A DNA stretch of 58,418 nt from an uncultured Eubacteriales bacterium (GTDB lineage Bacteria > Bacillota > Clostridia > Peptostreptococcales > Anaerovoracaceae): NCBI GenBank assembly GCA_902788245.1, contig CADAJM010000001.1, positions 1-58,418 on the forward strand, in the 5' to 3' direction. Position 1 is the stretch's first letter. Each line of letters starts with the position of its first letter. The position numbers and the translations under genes were made by a program. This document shows, in pieces, positions 18,077-26,592 of the stretch. Below the pieces are notes generated by a model. That model had not been told where the DNA came from, made no database searches, and saw nothing but the letters and a program-made list of their open reading frames with translations.

Positions 18077-19420
18077 TTGGATAAAAACAAGATATGGGGG
18101 AGCATACTTAACTCCCTTAAAGACAATACAAATAATCTGAGTTACACTACCTGGATATCTCCTCTCTACATTCATCACATAGAGGAAAATTCAGGTATTA
18201 TTTATCTTGCTTGGCCTAATGAAGCCAAACTCGTCACTTTTCTAAACGATCATTACCTCAAACTCATTGAAAACACCGTAAATAATATTATGGAAAAAGA
18301 GTACAGGGTAATAATCAAACAGGAAAAGGAATACGAGGTTTCAAAGATAGATACTTCTAAGATGAAGAGTACTCTTAATCAAGAGAAACTCTTTAATCCC
18401 AGATTTAATTTTGACAGTTTCGTAGTAGGTAACTCCAATAAATATGCACATGCAGTATCCGTTGCTGTTGCCGAAACCCCGGGAGATATTTACAATCCTC
18501 TTTTTATTTACGGAGGATCCGGTCTCGGTAAGACTCATCTGATGCAGGCTATAGGTGTTCATATAATCAGAAATAATCCTGAAGCCAAAGTTCTATATGT
18601 ATCTACTGAGATGTTTACAAATGAACTTATATCTGCACTCAAAGATAATAAGACCAGAAGTTTCAGAAACAAATACAGAAAGCTCGATGTTTTATTGATA
18701 GATGATATTCAATTTCTCGAAGGTAAAGACAGAACTCAGGAGGAATTCTTCCATACTTTCGAAGCTTTATATCAAAACAATAAACAGATAGTTATTACGA
18801 GTGATTGTCCGCCGGGAAGTCTTAACGGTGTTGATGAAAGACTCAGAACTAGATTCAGCTGGAATATGATAGCTGATATTCAGCCGCCTGATTATGAGAC
18901 AAGGGTTGCAATTCTAAAGAATCTTGCCGAAAAGTCAGATATAGAAATAACGCCTGAAATAAATGATGTATTAAGTCTTATAGCAGATCAGGTTAAGGAT
19001 AATATCAGAGAACTTGAAGGTGCATATAACAGAGTAATAGGTTTATCTCAATTACTTGATGAAAAGATAACCGTAGATAATGCAAAAAATATTCTTAAAG
19101 ATATAATCAGCGATAATGAACAAGCTGTTGCTCCTGAGAGAATAAGATCAATAGTGGCAAATCATTATAAAATCAAAATAGGGGATATGGATTCTCCTAA
19201 GAGAAATGCTGAGATAACGCTGCCTCGCCAGGTTGCAATGTATCTTTGCAGAGAAACTACTGAATTATCTCTTCCTAAAATAGGTAAGTTATTCGGAAAC
19301 CGCCATTATTCAACTGTTATACATGCTGTTGAAAAAATAGAAGAAGCTCTTAAATATGATAATGAGCTTGCAGAGAATATAGAAACGATAAAAGTTAAAT
19401 TACAAACCAAAAAGAAGTAA
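18077..19420 (+). CDS. dnaA: Chromosomal replication initiator DnaA
   Basis: Walker A GGSGLGKTHL, Walker B LLIDDIQFLEGK, box VII RLRTRFSWNMIADIQPPDYETR, sensor II NIRELEGAYNRV, and domain IV PRQVAMYLCRE..SLPKIG. The start is probably TTG 18077, with GGAGA 6 nt upstream. The track's ATG at 18050 has no RBS and adds MYINRWRVT. Confidence 0.93.
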   Translation: MDKNKIWGSILNSLKDNTNNLSYTTWISPLYIHHIEENSGIIYLAWPNEAKLVTFLNDHYLKLIENTVNNIMEKEYRVIIKQEKEYEVSKIDTSKMKSTLNQEKLFNPRFNFDSFVVGNSNKYAHAVSVAVAETPGDIYNPLFIYGGSGLGKTHLMQAIGVHIIRNNPEAKVLYVSTEMFTNELISALKDNKTRSFRNKYRKLDVLLIDDIQFLEGKDRTQEEFFHTFEALYQNNKQIVITSDCPPGSLNGVDERLRTRFSWNMIADIQPPDYETRVAILKNLAEKSDIEITPEINDVLSLIADQVKDNIRELEGAYNRVIGLSQLLDEKITVDNAKNILKDIISDNEQAVAPERIRSIVANHYKIKIGDMDSPKRNAEITLPRQVAMYLCRETTELSLPKIGKLFGNRHYSTVIHAVEKIEEALKYDNELAENIETIKVKLQTKKK

Positions 19421-19425
19421 TTATT

Positions 19426-19600
19426 TTATCAACATTTTATAAATGATTTCTGATCATAGATTTCAACTTTTATGAACATGTCAAAAAGCGAGATTTTCAT
19501 ATGTTTTATGACTTATCCACATATTCCACATGCTCTACTATAACTACTAAATATATTAATAAATAATAAAAGCTTCATTCTGAAAGAAGCGAATATAATA
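19426..19600. promoter_or_regulatory. oriC downstream module: DnaA boxes, DnaA-trio-like repeats and an AT-rich unwinding region
   Basis: TTATCAACA at 19426-19434. Perfect TTATCCACA at 19513-19521, directly followed by TATTCCACA at 19522-19530. Then tgctc, then CTA-CTA-TAA-CTA-CTA at 19535-19549 (complement of TAG trios), then an uninterrupted A/T stretch. Confidence 0.62.
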
Positions 19601-19622
19601 ATAAAAGAGAAAGGTTAATAAA

Positions 19623-20726
19623 ATGAAAATTTATTGCAGCAGAAGTGAACTAAACAAAGCTCTTAATAATGTATCTCATTCAGTTCCGGTAAGAACAACT
19701 TCTAATATTCTTGAAGGAATACTCGTAAATGTAGATAACAATAAGATGAAGCTCACTGCAACAGATACAAACATTACTATTGAAACAGTAATCAATGTTC
19801 AGAGTGATGAATCATTTGAATTTGTAGTACCTGCTAAATTATTCTCTGCAATTATTAATAAGCTTCCTGATGAAGACATAATGATGGACTTCAATAATGA
19901 AAGCAAAAAGTTAAATATTAAATGTGCAGGATCTAATTCAGAAATCATTTGTTTCAGAGGAGATGAATATCCGAAGATTAAATTAAATGAAGGACAGAAT
20001 GTCATTTATTTAAGCAAAGAAGATATTAAGACACTTATCAGAAAGACAGCATTTGCTGCATCCACTGATGATATCAATCTCATTCTCACAGGAGTTCTTC
20101 TTGAGATCAAAGATGGTTTTATGAGAATGGTAGGAGTTGATCCGTTCAGAATTGCTTCTTATAAGATTGAAGTTAAAGAAAACCAGGATGTAAGAGTTAT
20201 CATTCCTGCAAAACTTATAAATGAAACTGCAAATATCATGGATGCAGAAGGAGAAGATAAATTAAGCTTTGAAATTATTGATAATAAAGTTGTGATGGCA
20301 TTCGATAACAACAAAGTCACAATCAATACTTTCTCCGGCAAATTCATAGATTTTGAAAGACTTCTCAATAAGACAGGAGAGATTAATATTAGAGTTAAAA
20401 GAGATGATCTCTTAAAGAGCACTGAGAGAGCATCACTTCTTGCATCAGTACAGAACAACAATCTCATCAGATTCAATATTCAAAAAGATGTAATGCTTAT
20501 CACATCTTTAAATGAAGAAGGAAATATTGAAGAAAAAGTTGAGATTATAAATGACGGAGAAGATTTAAATATAGGAATTAACTCCAGATATTTAAAAGAT
20601 GCATTATCAGTAATTGATGAAGAAGAAATAATGATTAACTTCAAAGACAGCGTAAGTCCATGCATCATTTCTCCATTAAAAGGAGATAAATACAATTACC
20701 TGATTCTCCCAATCAGAATGAACTAA
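19623..20726 (+). CDS. dnaN: DNA polymerase III beta sliding clamp
   Basis: 367 aa. MKIYCSRSELNKALNNVSHSVPVRTTSNILEGILV and three-domain clamp length. Lies directly after dnaA. Confidence 0.95.
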   Translation: MKIYCSRSELNKALNNVSHSVPVRTTSNILEGILVNVDNNKMKLTATDTNITIETVINVQSDESFEFVVPAKLFSAIINKLPDEDIMMDFNNESKKLNIKCAGSNSEIICFRGDEYPKIKLNEGQNVIYLSKEDIKTLIRKTAFAASTDDINLILTGVLLEIKDGFMRMVGVDPFRIASYKIEVKENQDVRVIIPAKLINETANIMDAEGEDKLSFEIIDNKVVMAFDNNKVTINTFSGKFIDFERLLNKTGEINIRVKRDDLLKSTERASLLASVQNNNLIRFNIQKDVMLITSLNEEGNIEEKVEIINDGEDLNIGINSRYLKDALSVIDEEEIMINFKDSVSPCIISPLKGDKYNYLILPIRMN

Positions 20727-20757
20727 ATACAAATAAAGAAATAAAGAAAAGTTTTTA

Positions 20758-20806
20758 ATAAACTATGCAAAGTTTAAGAAAAAATTGATAATTTTGCATA
20801 GTTTAT
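20758..20806. repeat. Hairpin repeat unit, copy 1
   Basis: 14-bp arms ataaactatgcaaa (20758-20771) / tttgcatagtttat (20793-20806) with a 21-nt loop. About 88% identical over ~50 bp to copy 2, by eye. Confidence 0.7.
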
Positions 20807-20901
20807 ATCATATATACAAGAAAAATATATTATAAAAATATACAATAATCTTAAATTTTATGATTATTGTAAACTTATTTATAAAAAATAATAGAAATAT
20901 A

Positions 20902-20953
20902 AATAAAACTATGCAATATCAAGAAAAAAATGATAATTTTGCATAGTTTTATT
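20902..20953. repeat. Hairpin repeat unit, copy 2
   Basis: 15-bp arms aataaaactatgcaa (20902-20916) / ttgcatagttttatt (20939-20953) with a 22-nt loop. The loop shares aagaaaaaa-tgataatt with copy 1. Confidence 0.7.
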
Positions 20954-20975
20954 CTTTTTATTATTTATTAAATAG

Positions 20976-21896
20976 TTACATCAGTTTTGAAAGTTCGACT
21001 GCGGTCTGTGCAGCAACTTTAGCATTATTGAATACCAACTGTATATTTGAATCAAGGCTGTCGCCGCCTGTAAGTTCTTTGACTTTTGCAAGCAGGAAAG
21101 GTGTGGTCTCTTTTCCTTTTATTCCGAGAGCATTGCATTCTGCGATTGCCTTATCTATAGCCGGATTTATGATTCCCGGATCCATCGAGAATTCATCAGG
21201 TATAGGATTTCCGACTAAAATTCCTCCCTTTAAATTCATATCTCTTGATGTCATATAGAGTTTTGCGAGATCTGCAGGAGTGTCCACTCTGTAATCAACT
21301 TTGTATCCGCTCTTTGATGTATAGAAAGCAGGGAAGTCTTCGGTGCCCATTCCTATTACAGGAACTCCGTGAGTTTCAAGATACTCAAGAGTGAGTCCAA
21401 TATCCAGAATTGATTTACATCCGGCGCAAACTACCATGACAGGAGTATTTGCAAGTTCCTCTAAATCCGCACTTATATCCATTGTGGTTTCGGCGCCTCT
21501 GTGAACTCCGCCGATTCCGCCCGTTGCGAAAATCTTGATGTGTGCCATATGGGCAATCATCATCGTGGTTGTTACCGTGCAGGCGCCGTCTTCTCCTCTT
21601 GCGCAAATTGCGGCGAGGTCGCGCCTTGATGCTTTCTTTATTTCAGGTCCTTTCTTTCCGAAATATTCTATTTCATATTCGGTAAGTCCGGCTTTGAGTC
21701 TTCCGCCGATTACTGCAATAGTTGCCGGAACTGCTCCGTTATCGCGAACTACCTGCTCGACTTTAAGAGCTGTGTCTACGTTCTGCGGATATGGCATTCC
21801 GTGTGAAATGATAGTTGACTCAAGTGCTACTACAGGCTGCTTATTTGCTATAGCCTTTGCAACTTCATCTTTAACATCCAAAAATTTATCCTTCAT
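20976..21896 (-). CDS. psuG: Pseudouridine-5'-phosphate glycosidase
   Basis: 306 aa. The IndA-family N-terminus VALESTIISHGMPYPQN and its overall pattern are recognised. Confidence 0.88.
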   Translation of the reverse strand: MKDKFLDVKDEVAKAIANKQPVVALESTIISHGMPYPQNVDTALKVEQVVRDNGAVPATIAVIGGRLKAGLTEYEIEYFGKKGPEIKKASRRDLAAICARGEDGACTVTTTMMIAHMAHIKIFATGGIGGVHRGAETTMDISADLEELANTPVMVVCAGCKSILDIGLTLEYLETHGVPVIGMGTEDFPAFYTSKSGYKVDYRVDTPADLAKLYMTSRDMNLKGGILVGNPIPDEFSMDPGIINPAIDKAIAECNALGIKGKETTPFLLAKVKELTGGDSLDSNIQLVFNNAKVAAQTAVELSKLM

Positions 21897-21899
21897 TTT

Positions 21900-22850
21900 T
21901 TAAATCTCCCTTACGGTCATATTTGATTCTATTATTTTATCCAGCGCTGACTGGTGATTAAGATCTACGTGGTTTGTCTCCTGAACGGATACCGTCATGG
22001 CGGCAACCACATTTGCTGCTTTGGCTGCTGCCACAAGTGCGTCTCCGTCAGCAACGACAGTCGATGCCCATACTATTGCGGCAGTCGCAGAGTCGCCGGC
22101 TCCGGTCGTGCAAACAACATCTGCAGGGTATTCGCTGACTATATACATATTGTCACTGCTCGCTGCCATCATGCCTTCGGAACCCATCGACATGAAAACT
22201 CTTCTGACTCCCATATCCAATATTTCCTGGGCTGCAGCTCTGTAGTCGGCTTCGGTCTTGATGGTCATACCGGTCAGGTACTCGGCTTCGAGAGTGTTTG
22301 GTTTAATGGTATCAATTCCGTCGAGTCCCGGTTTTATCCTTGCAGCCAAAGCTGTGGATACAGGATCTACGTAGATAGGGACTTCGCATATGTCTTTTAG
22401 TTTCATAAAAGATTCTTCCGGAATATTGGCATCAACTACGACTGCCAATGCTCCGTTAAACACGTCTGCGAGCGAAGCTACATATTCCGGAGTTATCTTG
22501 CTGCATACGGTCATGTGATCTATGGCCACATCCATATCTCCGTTTTCATTATTGACATAGAGATACATGGAGGAAGTATCATCCGGAACTCTGAGCACAT
22601 GCGAAGTATCCATTCCTATTTCTTCGCAATGCTTAATCATATCCTCGCCGAGCACATCTCCGCCTATAGCCGTGATCAATTTGACATTCATGCCGAGCTT
22701 GCAGAGATTATGAGCGATATTTCTCGCAACACCTCCGTAGTTTATGGAGATATTTCCCGGATTTGAATCCGCGGGAATAAGTGGATTATTTGGCGTGCCT
22801 CCGATATCTATATTGGCCGCTCCCATTACGACCACATAATTATCACTCAT
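21900..22850 (-). CDS. psuK: PfkB-family carbohydrate kinase, probable pseudouridine kinase
   Basis: 316 aa. VVVMGAANIDIGG N-terminus and C-terminal TGAGD motif. Function is inferred from its operonic position with psuG. Confidence 0.72.
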   Translation of the reverse strand: MSDNYVVVMGAANIDIGGTPNNPLIPADSNPGNISINYGGVARNIAHNLCKLGMNVKLITAIGGDVLGEDMIKHCEEIGMDTSHVLRVPDDTSSMYLYVNNENGDMDVAIDHMTVCSKITPEYVASLADVFNGALAVVVDANIPEESFMKLKDICEVPIYVDPVSTALAARIKPGLDGIDTIKPNTLEAEYLTGMTIKTEADYRAAAQEILDMGVRRVFMSMGSEGMMAASSDNMYIVSEYPADVVCTTGAGDSATAAIVWASTVVADGDALVAAAKAANVVAAMTVSVQETNHVDLNHQSALDKIIESNMTVREI

Positions 22851-23424
22851 TTGTCTGCTCCTTTATGCGCTCAACCCAGCATCTGTGGCACATAGCCGTG
22901 TATCTGTCATTTCCGCCGAGTACAACCTGGTCGCCCTCTGTTATGATGCGTCCGCTGTCATCGAATCTCGCATTGACTGTGGCCTTCCTTCCGCACTCGC
23001 ATATGGTTTTGATCTCAGTTATTGAGTCGGCGAGCTCCATGAGTCTCTTAGCTCCCGGGAAGAAGTGGGTCTGAAAGTCCGTGCGAAGTCCAAAACAGAG
23101 CACAGGCAAATCCTCTTCATCGACGAGTTCTCTCAGCTCATCTATCTGAGCCGGTGTGAGAAACTGCGCTTCATCAGCGATGATGACATCGTAGTTGCCG
23201 GCATTATGATAAGCCTCGGCTATGCTTTCATCAGGAGATATTATCTGAGCTTTCTGCTCAAGACCTATCCTGCTCCTGATGATGTCGGCTCCGTCCCTCG
23301 TGTCCGTTCCCGGTTTGATCAGCCAGACGGTCATGCCTTTTTCTTCATAGTTGAATTTAGTTGTCAGAGCCTGGGCTGATTTAGACGAACCCATAGCTCC
23401 GTATTTGAAATACAGTTTAGCCAT
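22843..23424 (-). CDS. tdk: Thymidine kinase
   Basis: Start moved to ATG 23424 (MAKLYFKYGAMGSSKS, P-loop), with GGAGGA upstream. C-terminal zinc-ribbon cysteines are CECGRKA...CHRC. It overlaps the psuK start by 8 nt. Confidence 0.9.
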   Translation of the reverse strand: MAKLYFKYGAMGSSKSAQALTTKFNYEEKGMTVWLIKPGTDTRDGADIIRSRIGLEQKAQIISPDESIAEAYHNAGNYDVIIADEAQFLTPAQIDELRELVDEEDLPVLCFGLRTDFQTHFFPGAKRLMELADSITEIKTICECGRKATVNARFDDSGRIITEGDQVVLGGNDRYTAMCHRCWVERIKEQTNE

Positions 23425-23679
23425 ATTGTTTCCTCCGCAAATAATTATACAATAGTAAACCGAAAAAACCAGCAAAGAGTGAACACTAAATCACAGTGCA
23501 AGTTGAAAAAAATACGCGATTCCTTATAAAAAAGGCACAGTTCCAATTATGTTTTTTGATGATAAAAATGTTTTATTTTATGCCCTCATAGGCTATAATT
23601 GACGCAACGGGAATTCGACAGAATTCCGAGAGAAAAATACTTATATCTAAGTAACGAATTATATTCGAGGAGGATTAAG

Positions 23680-24819
23680 ATGAAGAAGTTTCTTATGATT
23701 GCCCTCGCAGCTATCATGGTATTCTCCATGGCAGCATGTGGGGGAAACAGCGGTGGTGATGAGGCTGCAGCTGATGACACTATGAGAGTTGCAATGGTAA
23801 CAGACTATGGTGACATCACAGACCAGTCCTTCAACCAGACAACTTATGAGGCATGCAAGGAATTCTGCGATGAGAACAGCATTGAGTTCACATACAAGAA
23901 ACCTGCATCCGACGCAGACGCTGACCGTATTTCTTCAATGGAAGAAGCTATCGAGGAAGGCTACAACGTAATCGTAATGCCTGGTTATGCATTTGCACCG
24001 GCTATCCGCGAGACAGCTCCAAGCTATCCGGATGTTAAGTTCGTAGCACTCGACGTAAGTGAGTGGGATCTCACACACGACGGCGACAACGAAGTTGAAT
24101 TCGACGGTTCAAACGTATACAGCGCTGTTTATAAGGAAGAGCTCGCCGGCTACATGGCAGGATATGCTGCTGTTAAGCTCGGATACACCAAGCTCGGATT
24201 CCTCGGCGGAATGGCAGTACCTGCCGTACAGAGATACGGATACGGATTTGTACAGGGTGCTGACGCTGCTGCAGAAGAAGCAGGAAAGTCTGACGTAGAG
24301 ATCAAGTACGTATACGGCGGACAGTTCTTCGGCGACGCTGACATCACAGCTAAGATGGACACATGGTACGGCGCAGGCACAGAGTGCGTATTCGCATGCG
24401 GCGGCGGAATCTTCACATCTGCTGCTGAGGCTGCTGCTAAGACAAACGGCAAAGTTATCGGTGTAGACGTTGACCAGGCTGGTATCATCGACGGCGCTTA
24501 CGGCGACGGCATGACAGTAACTTCCGCTATGAAGGGACTTGCTCCTACAGTTAAGACACTCCTCGGTGCTATTAACGAAGGAAAATGGGACGACTACAAG
24601 GGTAAGATCGAGAGCCTTGGCCTTGTTTCCGAGACAGCTGCTGACAACTATGTACAGCTGCCTGAGGAGAGCACTCAGTGGGATGAAGGATTCCAGAAAG
24701 AGGATTACAACACTCTCGTTAAAGAACTCTTCGACGGAACAAGAAAAGTTTCCGATGACATCACAGCAATGCCTGCAGTTAAGAACATTAAGGTTGACGA
24801 TCAGGGAGCTATCAAGTAA
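23680..24819 (+). CDS. BMP-family (PnrA/Med-like) ABC substrate-binding lipoprotein, probable nucleoside-binding
   Basis: Start at ATG 23680 with GAGGAGG upstream. Lipobox SMAAC. BMP-type body (VAMVTDYGDITDQSFNQ). Confidence 0.88.
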   Translation: MKKFLMIALAAIMVFSMAACGGNSGGDEAAADDTMRVAMVTDYGDITDQSFNQTTYEACKEFCDENSIEFTYKKPASDADADRISSMEEAIEEGYNVIVMPGYAFAPAIRETAPSYPDVKFVALDVSEWDLTHDGDNEVEFDGSNVYSAVYKEELAGYMAGYAAVKLGYTKLGFLGGMAVPAVQRYGYGFVQGADAAAEEAGKSDVEIKYVYGGQFFGDADITAKMDTWYGAGTECVFACGGGIFTSAAEAAAKTNGKVIGVDVDQAGIIDGAYGDGMTVTSAMKGLAPTVKTLLGAINEGKWDDYKGKIESLGLVSETAADNYVQLPEESTQWDEGFQKEDYNTLVKELFDGTRKVSDDITAMPAVKNIKVDDQGAIK

Positions 24820-24843
24820 TTACTTGAAACAAGACTCACCAAA

Positions 24844-24872
24844 GGCGGCTTCTTCGGAAGCCGTCTTTTATT
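24844..24872 (+). terminator. Intrinsic terminator/attenuator after the binding-protein gene
   Basis: Stem ggcggcttc / gaagccgtc (one G-U pair) with loop ttcg, followed by TTTTATT. Confidence 0.6.
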
Positions 24873-24984
24873 GTAAATTTAATGCTCCCGAGGACTTTCT
24901 CTTATTGTGAGAAAGCGCGTATTTTGATAAAATATCTACATCTATATGTAAGTAGTTTTTGTTATATGACGGAGGAATTGAATT

Positions 24985-26592
24985 ATGGACAATACTTATG
25001 CCATAGAAATGGTGAACATCACCAAACGATTCCCCGGCATCATTGCGAATGACAACATCACTCTGCAACTTAAGAAAGGCGAGATTCACGCCTTGCTTGG
25101 TGAAAATGGTGCCGGTAAGTCAACTCTTATGTCTGTTCTCTTCGGACTCTATCAAGCTGAAGAAGGCGTAATTAAGAAAGACGGAAAGGAAGTCACAATC
25201 AGTGACCCGAACGATGCCAACGACCTTGGTATCGGAATGGTGCACCAGCACTTCAAACTGGTGCAGTGCTTCACCGTACTCGAAAACATCATACTCGGAG
25301 TTGAGACAACAAAGAGCGGTGTTCTCCAGATGGAAGAAGCAAGAGCTAAAGTAATGGCACTCTCTGAGAAATACGGACTGCAGGTAGACCCTGATGCCAA
25401 GATCGAAGACATCACGGTAGGTATGCAGCAGAGAACCGAGATTCTCAAGATGCTGTACAGGGACAACGAGATTCTCATCTTCGACGAGCCGACGGCCGTA
25501 CTTACGCCGCAGGAGATTGACGAGCTGATGGCAATCATGAAGAGCCTTGCAGCAGAGGGCAAATCCATACTGTTCATCTCGCATAAATTGAACGAGATTA
25601 TGGAAGTTGCCGACAGAGTATCCGTACTCAGACGAGGCAAGTACATCGGAACGGTTGAGGTCAAGGGAACAACCAAAGAAGAACTCAGCCGCATGATGGT
25701 AGGCCGCGACGTACAGATGGTTGTGGACAAGGAACCATCAAAACCGGGAGATACTATTCTCAAGGTTGAGAACATGACAGTCGCATCCAAACTCCACTCC
25801 AACAACGCAGTCAAGAACGTTAGCTTTGAGGTCAGAGAGGGTGAGATAGTCTGTATCGCAGGTATCGACGGCAACGGTCAGACCGAGATGGTCTACGGAC
25901 TTGCGGGCTTTGAGCCGCTGGTCGATGGTAAGATCACACTCTGCGGAGAGGATATGACCAAGTCATCCATCAGGCACAGATCCACACACGGAATGTCCCA
26001 CATCCCTGAGGACAGACACAAACACGGACTCGTCCTCGACTACCCACTCGAGTACAACATGGTTCTCCAGAGATACTTCGAGCCGGCGTTCACATCGGGC
26101 GCGGGATTCCTCAAGAGAAAGGACATACGTGAGTACTCCGAGAGACTTGAAGGCGAATTCGACGTAAGATCAGGACAGGGTCCTATCACAATCGCAAGAT
26201 CGATGTCCGGCGGTAACCAGCAAAAAGCAATTATCGCACGTGAGGTCGACAGAGATCACAAACTTCTCATCGCGGTTCAGCCGACCAGAGGTCTCGACGT
26301 CGGAGCTATCGAGGGAGTTCACAGACACCTCATCAACGAGAGAGATAACGGAAGAGCAGTACTGCTCGTTTCGCTCGAACTCGAAGAGGTTATGAACGTT
26401 CCTGACAGAATTCTCGTAATGTACGAAGGCGAGATCGTCGGAGAACTCGATCCTAAGAAAACTACAGTCGAAGAACTCGGTCTCTATATGGCAGGCGCCA
26501 AGAGAAATGTCACGGTCGATGCCAACACGAGCGAGATCGAAGAATCTGAAGTTATCGATGTCGTAAGAGGAGGAAAGGAGGAAACAAAATGA
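24985..26592 (+). CDS. ABC transporter ATP-binding protein with duplicated ATPase domains
   Basis: 535 aa. Walker A GENGAGKST, signature MSGGNQQK and two ABC halves, typical of BMP/ribose-type importers. Confidence 0.93.
   Translation: MDNTYAIEMVNITKRFPGIIANDNITLQLKKGEIHALLGENGAGKSTLMSVLFGLYQAEEGVIKKDGKEVTISDPNDANDLGIGMVHQHFKLVQCFTVLENIILGVETTKSGVLQMEEARAKVMALSEKYGLQVDPDAKIEDITVGMQQRTEILKMLYRDNEILIFDEPTAVLTPQEIDELMAIMKSLAAEGKSILFISHKLNEIMEVADRVSVLRRGKYIGTVEVKGTTKEELSRMMVGRDVQMVVDKEPSKPGDTILKVENMTVASKLHSNNAVKNVSFEVREGEIVCIAGIDGNGQTEMVYGLAGFEPLVDGKITLCGEDMTKSSIRHRSTHGMSHIPEDRHKHGLVLDYPLEYNMVLQRYFEPAFTSGAGFLKRKDIREYSERLEGEFDVRSGQGPITIARSMSGGNQQKAIIAREVDRDHKLLIAVQPTRGLDVGAIEGVHRHLINERDNGRAVLLVSLELEEVMNVPDRILVMYEGEIVGELDPKKTTVEELGLYMAGAKRNVTVDANTSEIEESEVIDVVRGGKEETK

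Noticed and set aside
17710-20975. Low-GC block as a prophage, IS or integrative element
   Set aside because: It contains only oriC, dnaA and dnaN. I recognised no integrase, transposase, tRNA target or flanking direct repeats. It is therefore reported as a compositional anomaly rather than a mobile element.
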